This document shows positions 18,396 to 28,951 of a stretch of DNA of 64,000 bases, piece after piece (position 1 is the stretch's first letter; each line of letters begins with the position of its first letter). A program made the translations under genes and the position numbers. The DNA lies in assembly GCA_037441525.1 (NCBI GenBank), contig JBBISA010000003.1:25833-89832 (forward strand). The letters run 5' to 3'. The notes under the pieces are model-generated. The model searched no databases. It was not told the origin of the DNA and was given only the letters and a program-made list of their open reading frames with translations. Source of the stretch: Bacteroidota bacterium. GTDB lineage: Bacteria; Bacteroidota; Bacteroidia; Bacteroidales; UBA7960.

Positions 18396-19616
18396 ATGCC
18401 CTTTAATCTCGACCAGCTTCGCCGGGAATTTCCCGCACTTCACCAGGAGGTAAATAACCGTCCGCTTATTTATTTCGATAATGCGGCCACCACCCAAAAA
18501 CCAAAGGCAGTAATCGAAAGACTTTTGCAGTATTATTCCCGCGAAAACAGCAATATTCACCGGGGAGCACACTTTCTGAGCCAGCAGGCAACCGAAGCTT
18601 ATGAAAGTGCCCGCGAAACGGTGCAGCTTTTTCTGAATGCAGCTTTCAGCCACGAAATTATTTTTACTCGCGGAACAACAGAATCTATCAATCTGGTAGC
18701 CCACTCTTTCTTTAAACGGTTTGTTAAGCAAGGAGATGAAATCATTATTTCGGCAATGGAGCACCACTCGAATATTGTACCCTGGCAAATTGCCTGCGAA
18801 GATTTCGGTGCTAATCTCAAAGTGATTCCGATGGATGAACGAGGGGTACTGGATTTGAATGCCTATGAAAAATTACTGAATAAAAAAACCCGGTTGGTAG
18901 CTGTAACCCACGTAAGCAATGCACTTGGTACCATTAACCCCGTAAAGAAAATTACCGAACTTGCGCATAATGCCGGATCAAAGGTTTTGATTGATGGAGC
19001 TCAGGCAACATCACATATTAAGGTAAATGTTCAGGATATCAATTGCGATTTTTATTGTTTTTCGGGGCATAAACTATATGGGCCTATGGGTGTTGGTGTT
19101 TTGTACGGGCGGGAGGAATTGCTTAACCAGATGCCCCCGTATCAGGGTGGTGGCGAAATGATTAAGGATGTAACATTCGAAAAAACCACATATAACGACC
19201 TTCCTTTTAAATTTGAAGCCGGCACACCCAATGTGGGCGATGTTCTTGGGCTTGAGGCAGCCATCAGGTTTGTTTCCTATTTAAGGCTCGATGAGATTGC
19301 TGCCCACGAAGAGCGTCTTCTGAAATATGCTACAATGCAACTGCAAACCATCGAAAACATTAAAATAATCGGAACCGCACCGGAGAAAACCTCGGTCATT
19401 TCATTTATTTTTAAGGATATCCACCCTTACGATACCGGCACCATTCTCGATAAATTGGGAATTGCAGTAAGAACAGGTCATCATTGTGCCCAGCCAGTTA
19501 TGGATCATTTTGAAATACCCGGAACTGTAAGGGTTTCGCTGGCAATATATAACACCCGCCAGGAAATAGACAACCTTATTGAAGCATTAAAGAAAGTTAG
19601 AGAGATGTTTGCTTAG
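18396..19616 (+). CDS. sufS: Cysteine desulfurase SufS
   Basis: YFDNAATTQKP, FSGHK (PLP Lys), RTGHHCAQP (group II). Confidence 0.96.
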   Translation: MPFNLDQLRREFPALHQEVNNRPLIYFDNAATTQKPKAVIERLLQYYSRENSNIHRGAHFLSQQATEAYESARETVQLFLNAAFSHEIIFTRGTTESINLVAHSFFKRFVKQGDEIIISAMEHHSNIVPWQIACEDFGANLKVIPMDERGVLDLNAYEKLLNKKTRLVAVTHVSNALGTINPVKKITELAHNAGSKVLIDGAQATSHIKVNVQDINCDFYCFSGHKLYGPMGVGVLYGREELLNQMPPYQGGGEMIKDVTFEKTTYNDLPFKFEAGTPNVGDVLGLEAAIRFVSYLRLDEIAAHEERLLKYATMQLQTIENIKIIGTAPEKTSVISFIFKDIHPYDTGTILDKLGIAVRTGHHCAQPVMDHFEIPGTVRVSLAIYNTRQEIDNLIEALKKVREMFA

Positions 19617-19657
19617 CAAATCTCTCTTTTCGATTTCTGCAAAACCTGCAATTAACC

Positions 19658-21139
19658 TTAGAACTTATAAGACACAAAGAAATTCTTTCCGGCTTTAAGA
19701 ATCTGCGGGGCTGATGGGTCTGTCAGGATTCCCATGAACGAACTTCTTTGCGACATTCCAATGGTAAAACGATAAACATCAAGTCCCATCCCAAAATTCA
19801 TCCCCCACTCATGTTGCCTGAAATTGTTTTGCCAGAAAATTGGGGAGTCAACCTGGTTTAGGAAATTAAACCCGTAATAAACCCCGGCTTCTAAATAAAT
19901 TCTGATGGGATTGGAGTTATCATCAGGAGTGCCAAATTGCAGGCTCAAAGGCAACAGAAGAGAATGTTGCCTGAAAGTCCCGTAAGGTATTTTACTGGTA
20001 AACAGATCATAAATAACTTCTTGTTGCAATCCTATAGTTCTGGTAACTGGGAAACTGGCAAATAACCCTCCAGCGAAGGATATCGCCGGGTCGGATCTAA
20101 AAAATTCATTGCGATACAAATGGGAACTGCTTCCGGTATAGAGAATTGCTCCTGTTGAAAGTTTTGATTTCCGTGGATTTGCAAGTGTTGATACTCTTGC
20201 ACTAAAATCAGGAACCAGTGCTGGCATTTCGGCAAGAGCAGATATAAGCGATTTCGAAAACATCACAATGCTTTCCATCCCATCATAATCGAGCAAAGAA
20301 TAGACATCGCCCGGTTTGTGATAAGGCGATTTGGTGCCTGTAAAAACATGAACTGCTGGAATACCGGCCCTGCCAAATGGAGCTGTATCGGTTCTGCGTT
20401 CAAGATTTTTCCCCATCTTTTTTAGTCTGATACCATGTTCCTGCGCAATTTTCATAGCAACCTGGCCTCCATCTCTCAGCATCTCCTTCCCTTTCAGGAT
20501 TAATCCATTATTTGCTGCGAGCATCCCAACCATGTCAAAACTCAACATGAGTTTTATTTGAGATAAAGGCACCGGGGAGTTTTGAACGAAATGGGTGGAA
20601 CCAATAAGCCCGCTCTCTTCAGCATCAAATGCAACGATGATAAGGCTCCTTTTCAACTTTCCGCGGTTAGATGCAAAATATCTGGCAAGTTCAATAATTG
20701 CAGCTGTGCCTGATGCATTATCATCTGCACCAGGGTAAAGAATTTTGTTTTGATTATCAAGTTTAAATCCAAGATGGTCGTAATGAGCTCCCAACACGAT
20801 GTATTCATTGTTTAACAGGGGGTCGGTACCAGTAATAATGCCTACAACGTTTATCCCTTCTGACCATATTATCCCAGTCCTAAAATCAAAACTTTGCAAG
20901 TAGGTCCCGGTAGAATTGTCAATTGGCTCAACACCTGCCTGCCTGAACTGTTCAGCAATATAATTTCTTGCCATGGCGGCGCCACGGGTTCCAACACCCC
21001 TCCCTTCGAGCGAATCTGATGTAAGTATTTTTAGATGGTTTTTCAGACGGTTGCTGAGGTTCATTTCAGGCTGTGCCTGCAGTACCATCAGATTAAAGAA
21101 ACCTATAAGTATAAAAATAGAAAATCGATGGCGTGTCAT
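19658..21139 (-). CDS. M28 family metallopeptidase with C-terminal outer-membrane beta-barrel-like domain
   Basis: GAHYDHLG, GADDNASG, FDAEESGL, MLSFDMVG, YHKP; likely start MTRHRFS at 21139; ends in aromatic F (VSYKF). Confidence 0.85.
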   Translation of the reverse strand: MTRHRFSIFILIGFFNLMVLQAQPEMNLSNRLKNHLKILTSDSLEGRGVGTRGAAMARNYIAEQFRQAGVEPIDNSTGTYLQSFDFRTGIIWSEGINVVGIITGTDPLLNNEYIVLGAHYDHLGFKLDNQNKILYPGADDNASGTAAIIELARYFASNRGKLKRSLIIVAFDAEESGLIGSTHFVQNSPVPLSQIKLMLSFDMVGMLAANNGLILKGKEMLRDGGQVAMKIAQEHGIRLKKMGKNLERRTDTAPFGRAGIPAVHVFTGTKSPYHKPGDVYSLLDYDGMESIVMFSKSLISALAEMPALVPDFSARVSTLANPRKSKLSTGAILYTGSSSHLYRNEFFRSDPAISFAGGLFASFPVTRTIGLQQEVIYDLFTSKIPYGTFRQHSLLLPLSLQFGTPDDNSNPIRIYLEAGVYYGFNFLNQVDSPIFWQNNFRQHEWGMNFGMGLDVYRFTIGMSQRSSFMGILTDPSAPQILKAGKNFFVSYKF

Positions 21140-21208
21140 GTTGATAATATTTTTATTGCTACTGATTGATTCAGACCTTCGGATTTTTGTCAAATAAAAA
21201 AATTTAGA

Positions 21209-22177
21209 TCATTCAACAACCATGTGTTTTGTTTTAATGATTGTATCCTTAATCTTATGATGTTTTACCCTGGCAATAGGAGATTGGGTTTTAACAAACT
21301 CCCTTTTAAATGTCTTTTCATCAAGTTCTTCCCAATCATTATTTGCATAAGATGATATGGCCACTAAAGGACGAAACGATTCACATTGAGTAATTTGAGC
21401 GAATTTCTGATTATGTGGACATACGCTCTGGCAAATATCACATCCGTAAATGAACCCGTGGGAACCTGAAAGCTGTTTCCTTAAAACTTCTTCTTTATTT
21501 TCAATCGTCAGATACGATATGCATTTCCACGAATTTACAACCCCGGGACTTTCGATTGCTCCGGTGGGGCACGCCTGCATGCACTGAGTGCATTTACCGC
21601 ATAAATTTTTGCTAAACGCATCGTCGGCAGGCAGTTCAATGTTTAACAAAATCTCGCTAAGAAAAAACCAGCTCCCTTTTTTTGGTATAATAAAGCATGC
21701 GTTTTTACCCGGCATGCCCAATCCTGCCTTCCATGCCCAGTATCTTTCTAAAACTGGAGCAGAATCAGTGAAAACTCTTCCCTTAGCAGCGGGCACATTT
21801 ACCTTAATAAAATCAAGCAGTTGATACATCATCGATTTCATTACATAATGGTAATCCTTTCCCGCTGCATAACTGGAAATTCGATAAAATGTATCTATTG
21901 GTTGATAATTTTGCTGATGATAGTTTAAAGCAAGGGAGACGATGGTTTTACAGCCCGGAACCAGAACCCTCGGGTCGATCCTTTTGTCGACATTTGCCGC
22001 CATGTAATCCATCTGTGCGTGGAAACCCAAAGATAGCCATGATTTGAAAAAGGATTCGAAATTGGTTTCCACGGCATCTGCTTTTGCAAAACCACATGCA
22101 TCAAAGCCAAGTTCCCGGGCCTTTTCTTTGATCAGTAAACCTAACCTGATGTTGTTGAAGCTTTCCGTTTGTGCCAT
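21209..22177 (-). CDS. queG: Epoxyqueuosine reductase
   Basis: YAAGKDYH, FTDSAPVLER, CGKCTQCMQACPTGAI, CISYLTIE, GCDICQSVCP. Confidence 0.95.
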   Translation of the reverse strand: MAQTESFNNIRLGLLIKEKARELGFDACGFAKADAVETNFESFFKSWLSLGFHAQMDYMAANVDKRIDPRVLVPGCKTIVSLALNYHQQNYQPIDTFYRISSYAAGKDYHYVMKSMMYQLLDFIKVNVPAAKGRVFTDSAPVLERYWAWKAGLGMPGKNACFIIPKKGSWFFLSEILLNIELPADDAFSKNLCGKCTQCMQACPTGAIESPGVVNSWKCISYLTIENKEEVLRKQLSGSHGFIYGCDICQSVCPHNQKFAQITQCESFRPLVAISSYANNDWEELDEKTFKREFVKTQSPIARVKHHKIKDTIIKTKHMVVE

Positions 22178-22178
22178 T

Positions 22179-23210
22179 TTAATCGAATAATGAGCCCTGC
22201 ACCGGATTTTTTATCCGGCCCAAGTGTCTATAGGCCAGCTCCGTTGCTTCGCGTCCTCGGGGGGTTCGCATCAGATAACCCTCCTGAATTAGAAAGGGTT
22301 CATACACTTCTTCAATGGTTCCGGGGTCTTCGGCCACGGCAGTTGCCAGGGTGGTAAGGCCTGCCGGGCCACCTTTAAACTTATCTATAAGTGTAAGCAA
22401 CAGCTTATTGTCCATCTCATCCAGCCCGTTGTTATCCACATTCAATGCGTCGAGACCATACAAAGCTATTTCGATATCGATTGCCCCGTTTCCTTTTACC
22501 TGAGCAAAATCTCTGATGCGACGGAGCAATGCATTGGCAATACGCGGAGTTCCCCGACTTCGGCGTGCAATTTCCATGGAGGCATCAGGTGAAATATCTA
22601 CCTTTAAAATAGCTGCACTCCTTCTGATAATCTTATTTAGCAGTGCAGTATCGTAGTAGTTCAACCGGGCGTTAATCCCAAACCTTGCCCTCAGAGGAGA
22701 TGTTAACAATCCCGAACGGGTAGTTGCTCCCACCAGGGTAAACGGGCTCAGGCTTATTTGTATGCTTCGGGCATTGGGGCCTGTTTCAATCATTATATCA
22801 ATTTTGTAATCTTCCATGGCGGAGTATAGATACTCTTCCACTACAGGGCTCAGCCGGTGTATCTCATCAATAAAAAGGACATCCTTTTCGTCAAGGTTGG
22901 TGAGCAGGCCGGCCAGATCGCCAGGTTTATCCAATACAGGACCAGAGGTGATTTTTATTCCAACGCCCATTTCGTTGGCTATAATATGGGCAAGGGTAGT
23001 TTTACCCAGCCCGGGAGGCCCGTGAAACAACACATGATCGAGGGCTTCGCCCCGGTGCCTGGCAGCGTGTACAAATACCTTCAGGTTTTCAATTATATTC
23101 TGCTGCCCGGTAAAGCTATCGAAACTGTCGGGTCTTAATGCCTTTTCGTATTCCTTTTCTACATTGGTTAGGCGTCCCGAGGCAGGGTCAAGCATTTCGT
23201 TTTTTGCCAT
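22179..23210 (-). CDS. ruvB: Holliday junction helicase RuvB
   Basis: [42 protein letters not shown]. Confidence 0.98.
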   Translation of the reverse strand: MAKNEMLDPASGRLTNVEKEYEKALRPDSFDSFTGQQNIIENLKVFVHAARHRGEALDHVLFHGPPGLGKTTLAHIIANEMGVGIKITSGPVLDKPGDLAGLLTNLDEKDVLFIDEIHRLSPVVEEYLYSAMEDYKIDIMIETGPNARSIQISLSPFTLVGATTRSGLLTSPLRARFGINARLNYYDTALLNKIIRRSAAILKVDISPDASMEIARRSRGTPRIANALLRRIRDFAQVKGNGAIDIEIALYGLDALNVDNNGLDEMDNKLLLTLIDKFKGGPAGLTTLATAVAEDPGTIEEVYEPFLIQEGYLMRTPRGREATELAYRHLGRIKNPVQGSLFD

Positions 23211-23494
23211 TTATGTGTGCATGAATTTAGATAATAACAAAAATACATTTTTACACCGAATGGAAGCGGCTATGGGCGATATGTATCAATAAATAATAGC
23301 CGGCAAACAGCATCGACGAAGGTAGTTGTTTAACCAAAGAAATGAATACTGAAAGGCCCGGGGATTGTAATAGATGACTCTGCCCATGTCTTAACTTATT
23401 TTGTCGACATTAATTGGCAGTACGGTAATTCCTACATAATTTTTTCCTATTTTTATGAGCCGAAAGTTATTTAACACATTTAAACAGGATAGTT

Positions 23495-24346
23495 ATGAGT
23501 GAAATTGTAGTAGCCATAGATTTCTCGTCGTGCTCAGTAAACGCTACGCGAACAGCTGTTTTAATTGCAAATGCATTCGATGCCAATATTACCCTGGTAC
23601 ACGTATGCAAGCCTGGCAGCGACGAGTCTGTTTATCCTAATACCCAGGATGTGCACTACCTTGAAGCCGAGAAAAGGCTCAAAGAAATGGTTAGTGATTT
23701 CAGCCTGCTTATGAAAAATGAAATACGGTACAGGATAAGACAAGGGAAAGTTTACACCGAAATAGTGAATGAGGCCAAATACAATGATGCAATTATGCTC
23801 ATTGCCGGCACACATGGTATTTCAGGATTTGAGGAGTATTTCATTGGCAGCAATGCTTACCGGCTGGTATCTCTTAGCCCCTGCCCCATGGTCACCATTA
23901 GAACAATGTTCCAGAAAAAGGACATTAAAAAGATTCTTTTTCCCATTGATTCATCGCGCGATACCCGGCAAAAGACCAACTATGCCGCCGAAATGGCAAT
24001 TAAACTCAATGCCGAAATAAGAGTTCTTGGCGTTTATGACAGCGGTATCAAAGAGATACGTAAAAAGATAAAAAACTATGCTCTACAGGTTCTTAAGCTA
24101 TTTGAACAAAGAGGCATTAAAACTTCCATTGATTTTGCCGAAGGGAAAAAGGCATCAGGCATCATTCTCGATTACGTTACCATTCATGATTTTGACATGA
24201 TAGCCATGATGAGTGACAAGGATGTTGCCACCATGATAATTGGCAATGAGGCACAAAGGGTGATAAACCATTCGCCGGTACCAGTTCTCAGCATTCATCC
24301 TAAAGAAACACTCACTTCATCCATTACTCTTTCGGGCAGTGGTTAA
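23495..24346 (+). CDS. Tandem-domain universal stress protein
   Basis: IVVAIDFS, GTHGISGFEEYFIGSNA..PCP, second domain GNEAQRVINHSPVPVLSI. Confidence 0.9.
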   Translation: MSEIVVAIDFSSCSVNATRTAVLIANAFDANITLVHVCKPGSDESVYPNTQDVHYLEAEKRLKEMVSDFSLLMKNEIRYRIRQGKVYTEIVNEAKYNDAIMLIAGTHGISGFEEYFIGSNAYRLVSLSPCPMVTIRTMFQKKDIKKILFPIDSSRDTRQKTNYAAEMAIKLNAEIRVLGVYDSGIKEIRKKIKNYALQVLKLFEQRGIKTSIDFAEGKKASGIILDYVTIHDFDMIAMMSDKDVATMIIGNEAQRVINHSPVPVLSIHPKETLTSSITLSGSG

Positions 24347-24369
24347 TCAGTTGTTGTTTAAATATATAG

Positions 24370-24405
24370 AAGCCGTCTCAAAAACTAAAATGAGGCGGCT
24401 TTTTT
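24370..24405 (+). terminator. Intrinsic terminator after the USP gene
   Basis: AGCCGTCTCA / TGAGGCGGCT stem followed by a T run. Confidence 0.75.
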
Positions 24406-24605
24406 ATTTTAGCATAAAACTATTGCAATACAATTATTGGGCTAAAGAGCTTAATCTTTCGCATTAAAAAATACCAGAAGCCATAGGTTCGCTCAATTGG
24501 CTATACCGGGAAATTATTTCCAAAGATACCTCCCGGATTTATGTAAATTATCGGCATGAATTGCCCGTCGGAAAATAACTAAATTTGCGCCAATTACCAA
24601 TATTT

Positions 24606-25592
24606 ATGGACTATCAGAGGTTTGAAAAGAAATTGTTTAGCATCAGTTCAGATGATGATTTTAATGCCCTTTCGCTGGATGTTTTTAAATTCCAGTATTT
24701 AAACAACCCCGTATTTGGTAATTTCTGCAAAGCATTGGGCAAATCCCCGGAAACGGTGAGCCATTATACTCAAATCCCATTTTTGCCTGCCGAGTTCTTC
24801 AAAACTCACCCAATAATTGCTGGGGGAAGAAAAGCCGAAATAATTTTCACCAGTAGCGGTACAACAGGCACTGACACCAGCAAGCATTATGTTGTTGAGC
24901 CTGAACTATACAGAAAAAGTTTTGTAAAGGCATTTGAGCTGTTTTATGGTCATCTGTCAAATTATCACATCCTTGCCTTGCTGCCCGGATACCTTGAAAG
25001 AAAAGGCTCATCCTTGATTTATATGGTTCAGGAGTTAATAAGGCTCTCAGAAAGCGAACACAGTGGCTTTTTTCTGAAAAAGACAAATACCCTAACGGAC
25101 AAAATAAAAATGCTTAACGACCGCAGGATACTATTACTGGGCGTAAGCTTCGCCCTGCTCGATTTGGCCGAAACAACATCATTGCATAATCCTAATCTTA
25201 TAGTAATGGAAACCGGCGGTATGAAGGGGCGACGCAGAGAGCCTGTTCGCGATGAGCTTCACACAATGCTTTGTCAGTCATTTAATGTTAATACCATTCA
25301 TTCTGAATACGGGATGACCGAATTGTTATCACAAGCTTATTCAACCGCGAATGGGGTTTTTTATACCCCTTCCTGGATGAAAGTGTTGATTCGCGAAACA
25401 AATGACCCCTTATCGATAAATTATCGCAACGGAATTACCGGTGGCATAAATATTATTGATCTGGCAAACCTTTTTTCCTGTTCCTTTTTAGCCACCCAGG
25501 ACCTCGGCAAACTTCACCCCAGGAATGGCTTTGAAGTTACCGGCAGGTTCGACAATAGCGATATTAGAGGATGCAATTTGCTTGTGGAGTAG
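24606..25592 (+). CDS. LuxE/PaaK-like acyl-protein synthetase (ANL superfamily)
   Basis: FTSSGTTG, METGGMKGRR, HSEYGMTELLSQAY, GRFDNSDIRGCN; likely ATG 24606. Confidence 0.85.
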   Translation: MDYQRFEKKLFSISSDDDFNALSLDVFKFQYLNNPVFGNFCKALGKSPETVSHYTQIPFLPAEFFKTHPIIAGGRKAEIIFTSSGTTGTDTSKHYVVEPELYRKSFVKAFELFYGHLSNYHILALLPGYLERKGSSLIYMVQELIRLSESEHSGFFLKKTNTLTDKIKMLNDRRILLLGVSFALLDLAETTSLHNPNLIVMETGGMKGRRREPVRDELHTMLCQSFNVNTIHSEYGMTELLSQAYSTANGVFYTPSWMKVLIRETNDPLSINYRNGITGGINIIDLANLFSCSFLATQDLGKLHPRNGFEVTGRFDNSDIRGCNLLVE

Positions 25593-25726
25593 TTATTAAC
25601 AAAAAGAGCATCATTTTGTAGTCATGATACGATTTTTTGTATTAATCCGCCCATTTAACAGTTATTTGCTTAAATTTGGGCAGACGTGGTAATCAATGCA
25701 TTGTAACATCATAAAAAGAAGGAATT

Positions 25727-27775
25727 TTGATTAACTTTCAACCCTTATTTAAATTTCTGCTTTTCAAAACAATTGCCCTTCTTTTTCTTTGCAACGCCTT
25801 ATTGGTTGCCGCAAAACCTATGGCCCGGCAGGGTATTCTTGATGCAAAAGATTTTCTGCTTGATGAAACAGGCTATATTTATCTGGATGGAGAATGGGAA
25901 TTTTACCCCCACCAATTGCTTTTCCCCTCTGACTTTTCCGAATCCAGGCCTTTCAATACTTCCATAGTACCCGACATTTGGGAAAAGGATAGTTTAGGCA
26001 ATAAAATTGAATTTGCCACCTACAGACTCAGAATAACAAACCATTCGCTGCCACCGGTTTTCAGCATCCGTAACCATGAAATATTCAGTGCCTTTGTACT
26101 ATTTCTGAATGGTGTAGAAATACTGCGAAACGGTACTGTTGCTATGGAGAAAGAAAATGAAGTTCCCGGATATATCCCCAAAACAGCCAGCCTTTATTCT
26201 TTGGCTGATACCATTGAATTGGTTCTTCAGGTTTCTAATCATCATTATTACAAGGGGGGGATTTCAGAGTCGCTTATAATCGGACGCGCATCGGCATTGC
26301 ATCGCAATCAGTTAATGGGAAGTGGTTTTGAGTTCTTCATCATGGGCAGCCTTTTGATTATGGCTATTTATTATCTGAGTTTATTTATTGTACTCAAAAA
26401 GAATAACTCATCCCTTTATTTCTCTATTTTCATATTTCTGGCCATACTCAGAATTCTGGTAACTGGCCAAAGATTGCTTCTGGTGCTCTTTCCTGAAATT
26501 TCATGGAATGTTGTAATGCGTCTTGAATATGGAACCCTTTATTTAACTCCGGTATTTTTTATCCTGTTTTTTAATTCAGTTTTCAGAGAGGAGATAAAAA
26601 TTTATGTGGTTAATATAGTAATCGCCATTTCCAGTATTTTCTTTTTAATTGCTATCACAACTACTTTAAAATTCTTTTCAGGCGCTGTAATTTATTATCA
26701 GCCATTTCTTTTTATTCTTGGACTGAGTCTTGTTATTTGGTTATGGAAAGCCCGTGCAAACAACAAAGAGGGGGCATTGGTACTGATGGTTGGGTTACTC
26801 ATCCTTTTCTCGTCTATGCTTTACGATTTGGCATTTTCAAGGGGAAGTTTCAGGGGTAGTGAAATGTTTCCAGCCGGAGTATTCCTGTTTATATTATGCC
26901 AATCCTACATATTATCAATAAAATTTTCATCCATCAATAAAGAAAACCAGCTTTTGTGGGAAGAGCTTGATTACAAAAATCAACATCTTGGGCAAATGGT
27001 CATTGAACGAACATCGGAACTTGAGCAACAAAAAAATCTTTTGGAACAAACCAATTCTGAGTTGGAGCAAAAGAAACGAACCACAGAAAATCAAAGCCAT
27101 CTGCTCGAAGGCATTAATGAATTGTTAGAAAAAGAGAAAGAGAAAACAGACCAGCTATTGCTAAACGTATTACCCCAGAATATTGCCAACGAACTCAAAG
27201 CTTACGGCAAATGCATGGCACATAGTTACCCCCTTGTAACTGTGTTGTTTATTGATTTTGTTCAGTTCTCAGATATTTCGGAACATCTTACACCCGACAA
27301 CCTGATAAGGGAGCTTCATAGCTATTTTGCAGGATTTGACGAGATTGCCAAAAAGTATAATCTCGAAAAAATAAAAACCATCGGCGATGCCTATATGTGT
27401 GCCGGAGGTTTGCATGAAGATGCCGGGCCCGAAGATGTTATCAATACTGTGAAAGCCGCCCTGGAAATGAGTCTGTTTGTTTCGGCACAAAAGGATGACA
27501 GGATTGTTATGGGCGATATCTGGTTCGATTGCCGCATCGGGTTGCACACCGGACCCGTTATTGCCGGAGTGGTTGGAAAAACTAAGTTTGCCTTCGATTT
27601 ATGGGGAGGCACAGTTAATATCGCCAAACGAATGGAAGCAACATGCGAGCCGGGACAGGTAAACATTTCTGAATCTACCTACCAGTATGTCAGCGATGCT
27701 TTCACATGCCAATCGCGGGGAAAGGTTGCAACAAAGCACAACAAAAACATGAGAATGTTTTATGTTGAATATTGA
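25727..27775 (+). CDS. Class III adenylate/guanylate cyclase with periplasmic DISM-like domain, 7TM region and coiled coil
   Basis: LDGEWEFY N-terminal domain, seven hydrophobic segments, VLFIDFVQFS, KIKTIGDAYM, GLHTGPVIAGVVG, WGGTVNIAKRME. Confidence 0.88.
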   Translation: MINFQPLFKFLLFKTIALLFLCNALLVAAKPMARQGILDAKDFLLDETGYIYLDGEWEFYPHQLLFPSDFSESRPFNTSIVPDIWEKDSLGNKIEFATYRLRITNHSLPPVFSIRNHEIFSAFVLFLNGVEILRNGTVAMEKENEVPGYIPKTASLYSLADTIELVLQVSNHHYYKGGISESLIIGRASALHRNQLMGSGFEFFIMGSLLIMAIYYLSLFIVLKKNNSSLYFSIFIFLAILRILVTGQRLLLVLFPEISWNVVMRLEYGTLYLTPVFFILFFNSVFREEIKIYVVNIVIAISSIFFLIAITTTLKFFSGAVIYYQPFLFILGLSLVIWLWKARANNKEGALVLMVGLLILFSSMLYDLAFSRGSFRGSEMFPAGVFLFILCQSYILSIKFSSINKENQLLWEELDYKNQHLGQMVIERTSELEQQKNLLEQTNSELEQKKRTTENQSHLLEGINELLEKEKEKTDQLLLNVLPQNIANELKAYGKCMAHSYPLVTVLFIDFVQFSDISEHLTPDNLIRELHSYFAGFDEIAKKYNLEKIKTIGDAYMCAGGLHEDAGPEDVINTVKAALEMSLFVSAQKDDRIVMGDIWFDCRIGLHTGPVIAGVVGKTKFAFDLWGGTVNIAKRMEATCEPGQVNISESTYQYVSDAFTCQSRGKVATKHNKNMRMFYVEY

Positions 27776-27790
27776 TGTACTGATAAATAA

Positions 27791-28345
27791 TCAAATCAGA
27801 TAAAGACCCAGAGCAACCAGCATTATCCCAATACCTGAAAGTGATTCTACTATTTTGCCCTGGTTGTAAGAAAAGCGATTGGCATTTACAAACCCACTTA
27901 AGGCAAAAATAAGGGTGGAAATCCCCAGTATTTTTGAATTGGAAGCAATAGAGCCATTTAGAAGTTTTACCGCCACGCCTGCAAATAATTGATTAATGCT
28001 GAAAGCTACAGCCATACCCAAAAGCATTACATTACTTTCTATATTATAAATTCTTTGCCGGGCTCTGTTTTTGTAAACCCCTGTAATTATCCTGACACTG
28101 ATTAGCAGAAGCATTACCATCGACACATATAATTCTCTTCCTGCTACATAACCTGAAATAATACCAGCAAAAAAGTACCCCGCAACCAATAAAATCACAC
28201 CTGACAACGCAAATAAAAGAGCCCCTTTCATGTAGGTGCCGGGTTTTGGTTTTTCGCCCCCCCTGGCATTCGCAAGAGCATAGTTGAAATATTGCATTCC
28301 CAGCAATACAGGCAAAACAAAAACCAGAATATCTTTTATTCCCAT
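27791..28345 (-). CDS. MntP-like manganese efflux membrane protein
   Basis: 184 aa, about 6 TM segments, 'GMAVAFSINQLFAG' resembling the MntP A.SiDAl motif; diverged. Confidence 0.55.
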   Translation of the reverse strand: MGIKDILVFVLPVLLGMQYFNYALANARGGEKPKPGTYMKGALLFALSGVILLVAGYFFAGIISGYVAGRELYVSMVMLLLISVRIITGVYKNRARQRIYNIESNVMLLGMAVAFSINQLFAGVAVKLLNGSIASNSKILGISTLIFALSGFVNANRFSYNQGKIVESLSGIGIMLVALGLYLI

Positions 28346-28365
28346 AATTTTGTTTAATAAAGTTA

Positions 28366-28830
28366 TTATTCGATTTTAAGCAAAGAAAGAATTCTCTCGA
28401 GCCCTTCGGCATCAGCATCATCAAATGAAGAGAAATCCTTACTGTCAACATCCAGAACCCCTATAACAGCACCTTTTAAGTTCCGAAGGGGGACAACAAT
28501 TTCGCTGTTGCTACGGCTGTCGCAGGCAATATGTCCGGGAAACTGGTGAACATCGGGCACAACCAGCGTTTTTTGCTGGATGATGGCAGCCCAGCAAACA
28601 CCTGTATTTTTTGCCAGCAACTGACAGGCAACAGGCCCCTGATAAGGACCGGCAATGAGCTCTCCCTTATCAAGCAAATAAAAGCCGCACCAGAAAAAGT
28701 ATTCCATTTTATTGTGCAATACAGCTGCAATGGTTGCCATTCGCGATATATCGTTGCCAGGCTTTGCCAGCAGGCCTTCAATCTGGTCGTACAACCGCTG
28801 GTATCGTCCTGTTTTTCTGTTTTTTTCCAT
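28366..28830 (-). CDS. msrC: GAF-domain protein, free methionine-R-sulfoxide reductase-like
   Basis: WCGFYL, GPYQGPVAC, GVCW, HIACDSRSNSEIVVP, VLDVDS. Confidence 0.85.
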   Translation of the reverse strand: MEKNRKTGRYQRLYDQIEGLLAKPGNDISRMATIAAVLHNKMEYFFWCGFYLLDKGELIAGPYQGPVACQLLAKNTGVCWAAIIQQKTLVVPDVHQFPGHIACDSRSNSEIVVPLRNLKGAVIGVLDVDSKDFSSFDDADAEGLERILSLLKIE

Positions 28831-28951
28831 AGAAGTATATTGGGTTTGTTGGAAGGTGCAAATTTATCAACAACAGTGATTAAAGTTGCAACGAATTTGC
28901 AACAACAATAATCACTATATTGTTGACTATGAAGTATTGTATTTAAAGCAT

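Noticed and set aside
27791-28366. yybP-ykoY manganese riboswitch before the MntP-like gene
   Set aside because: Only 20 bp separate it from the upstream gene, leaving no room.
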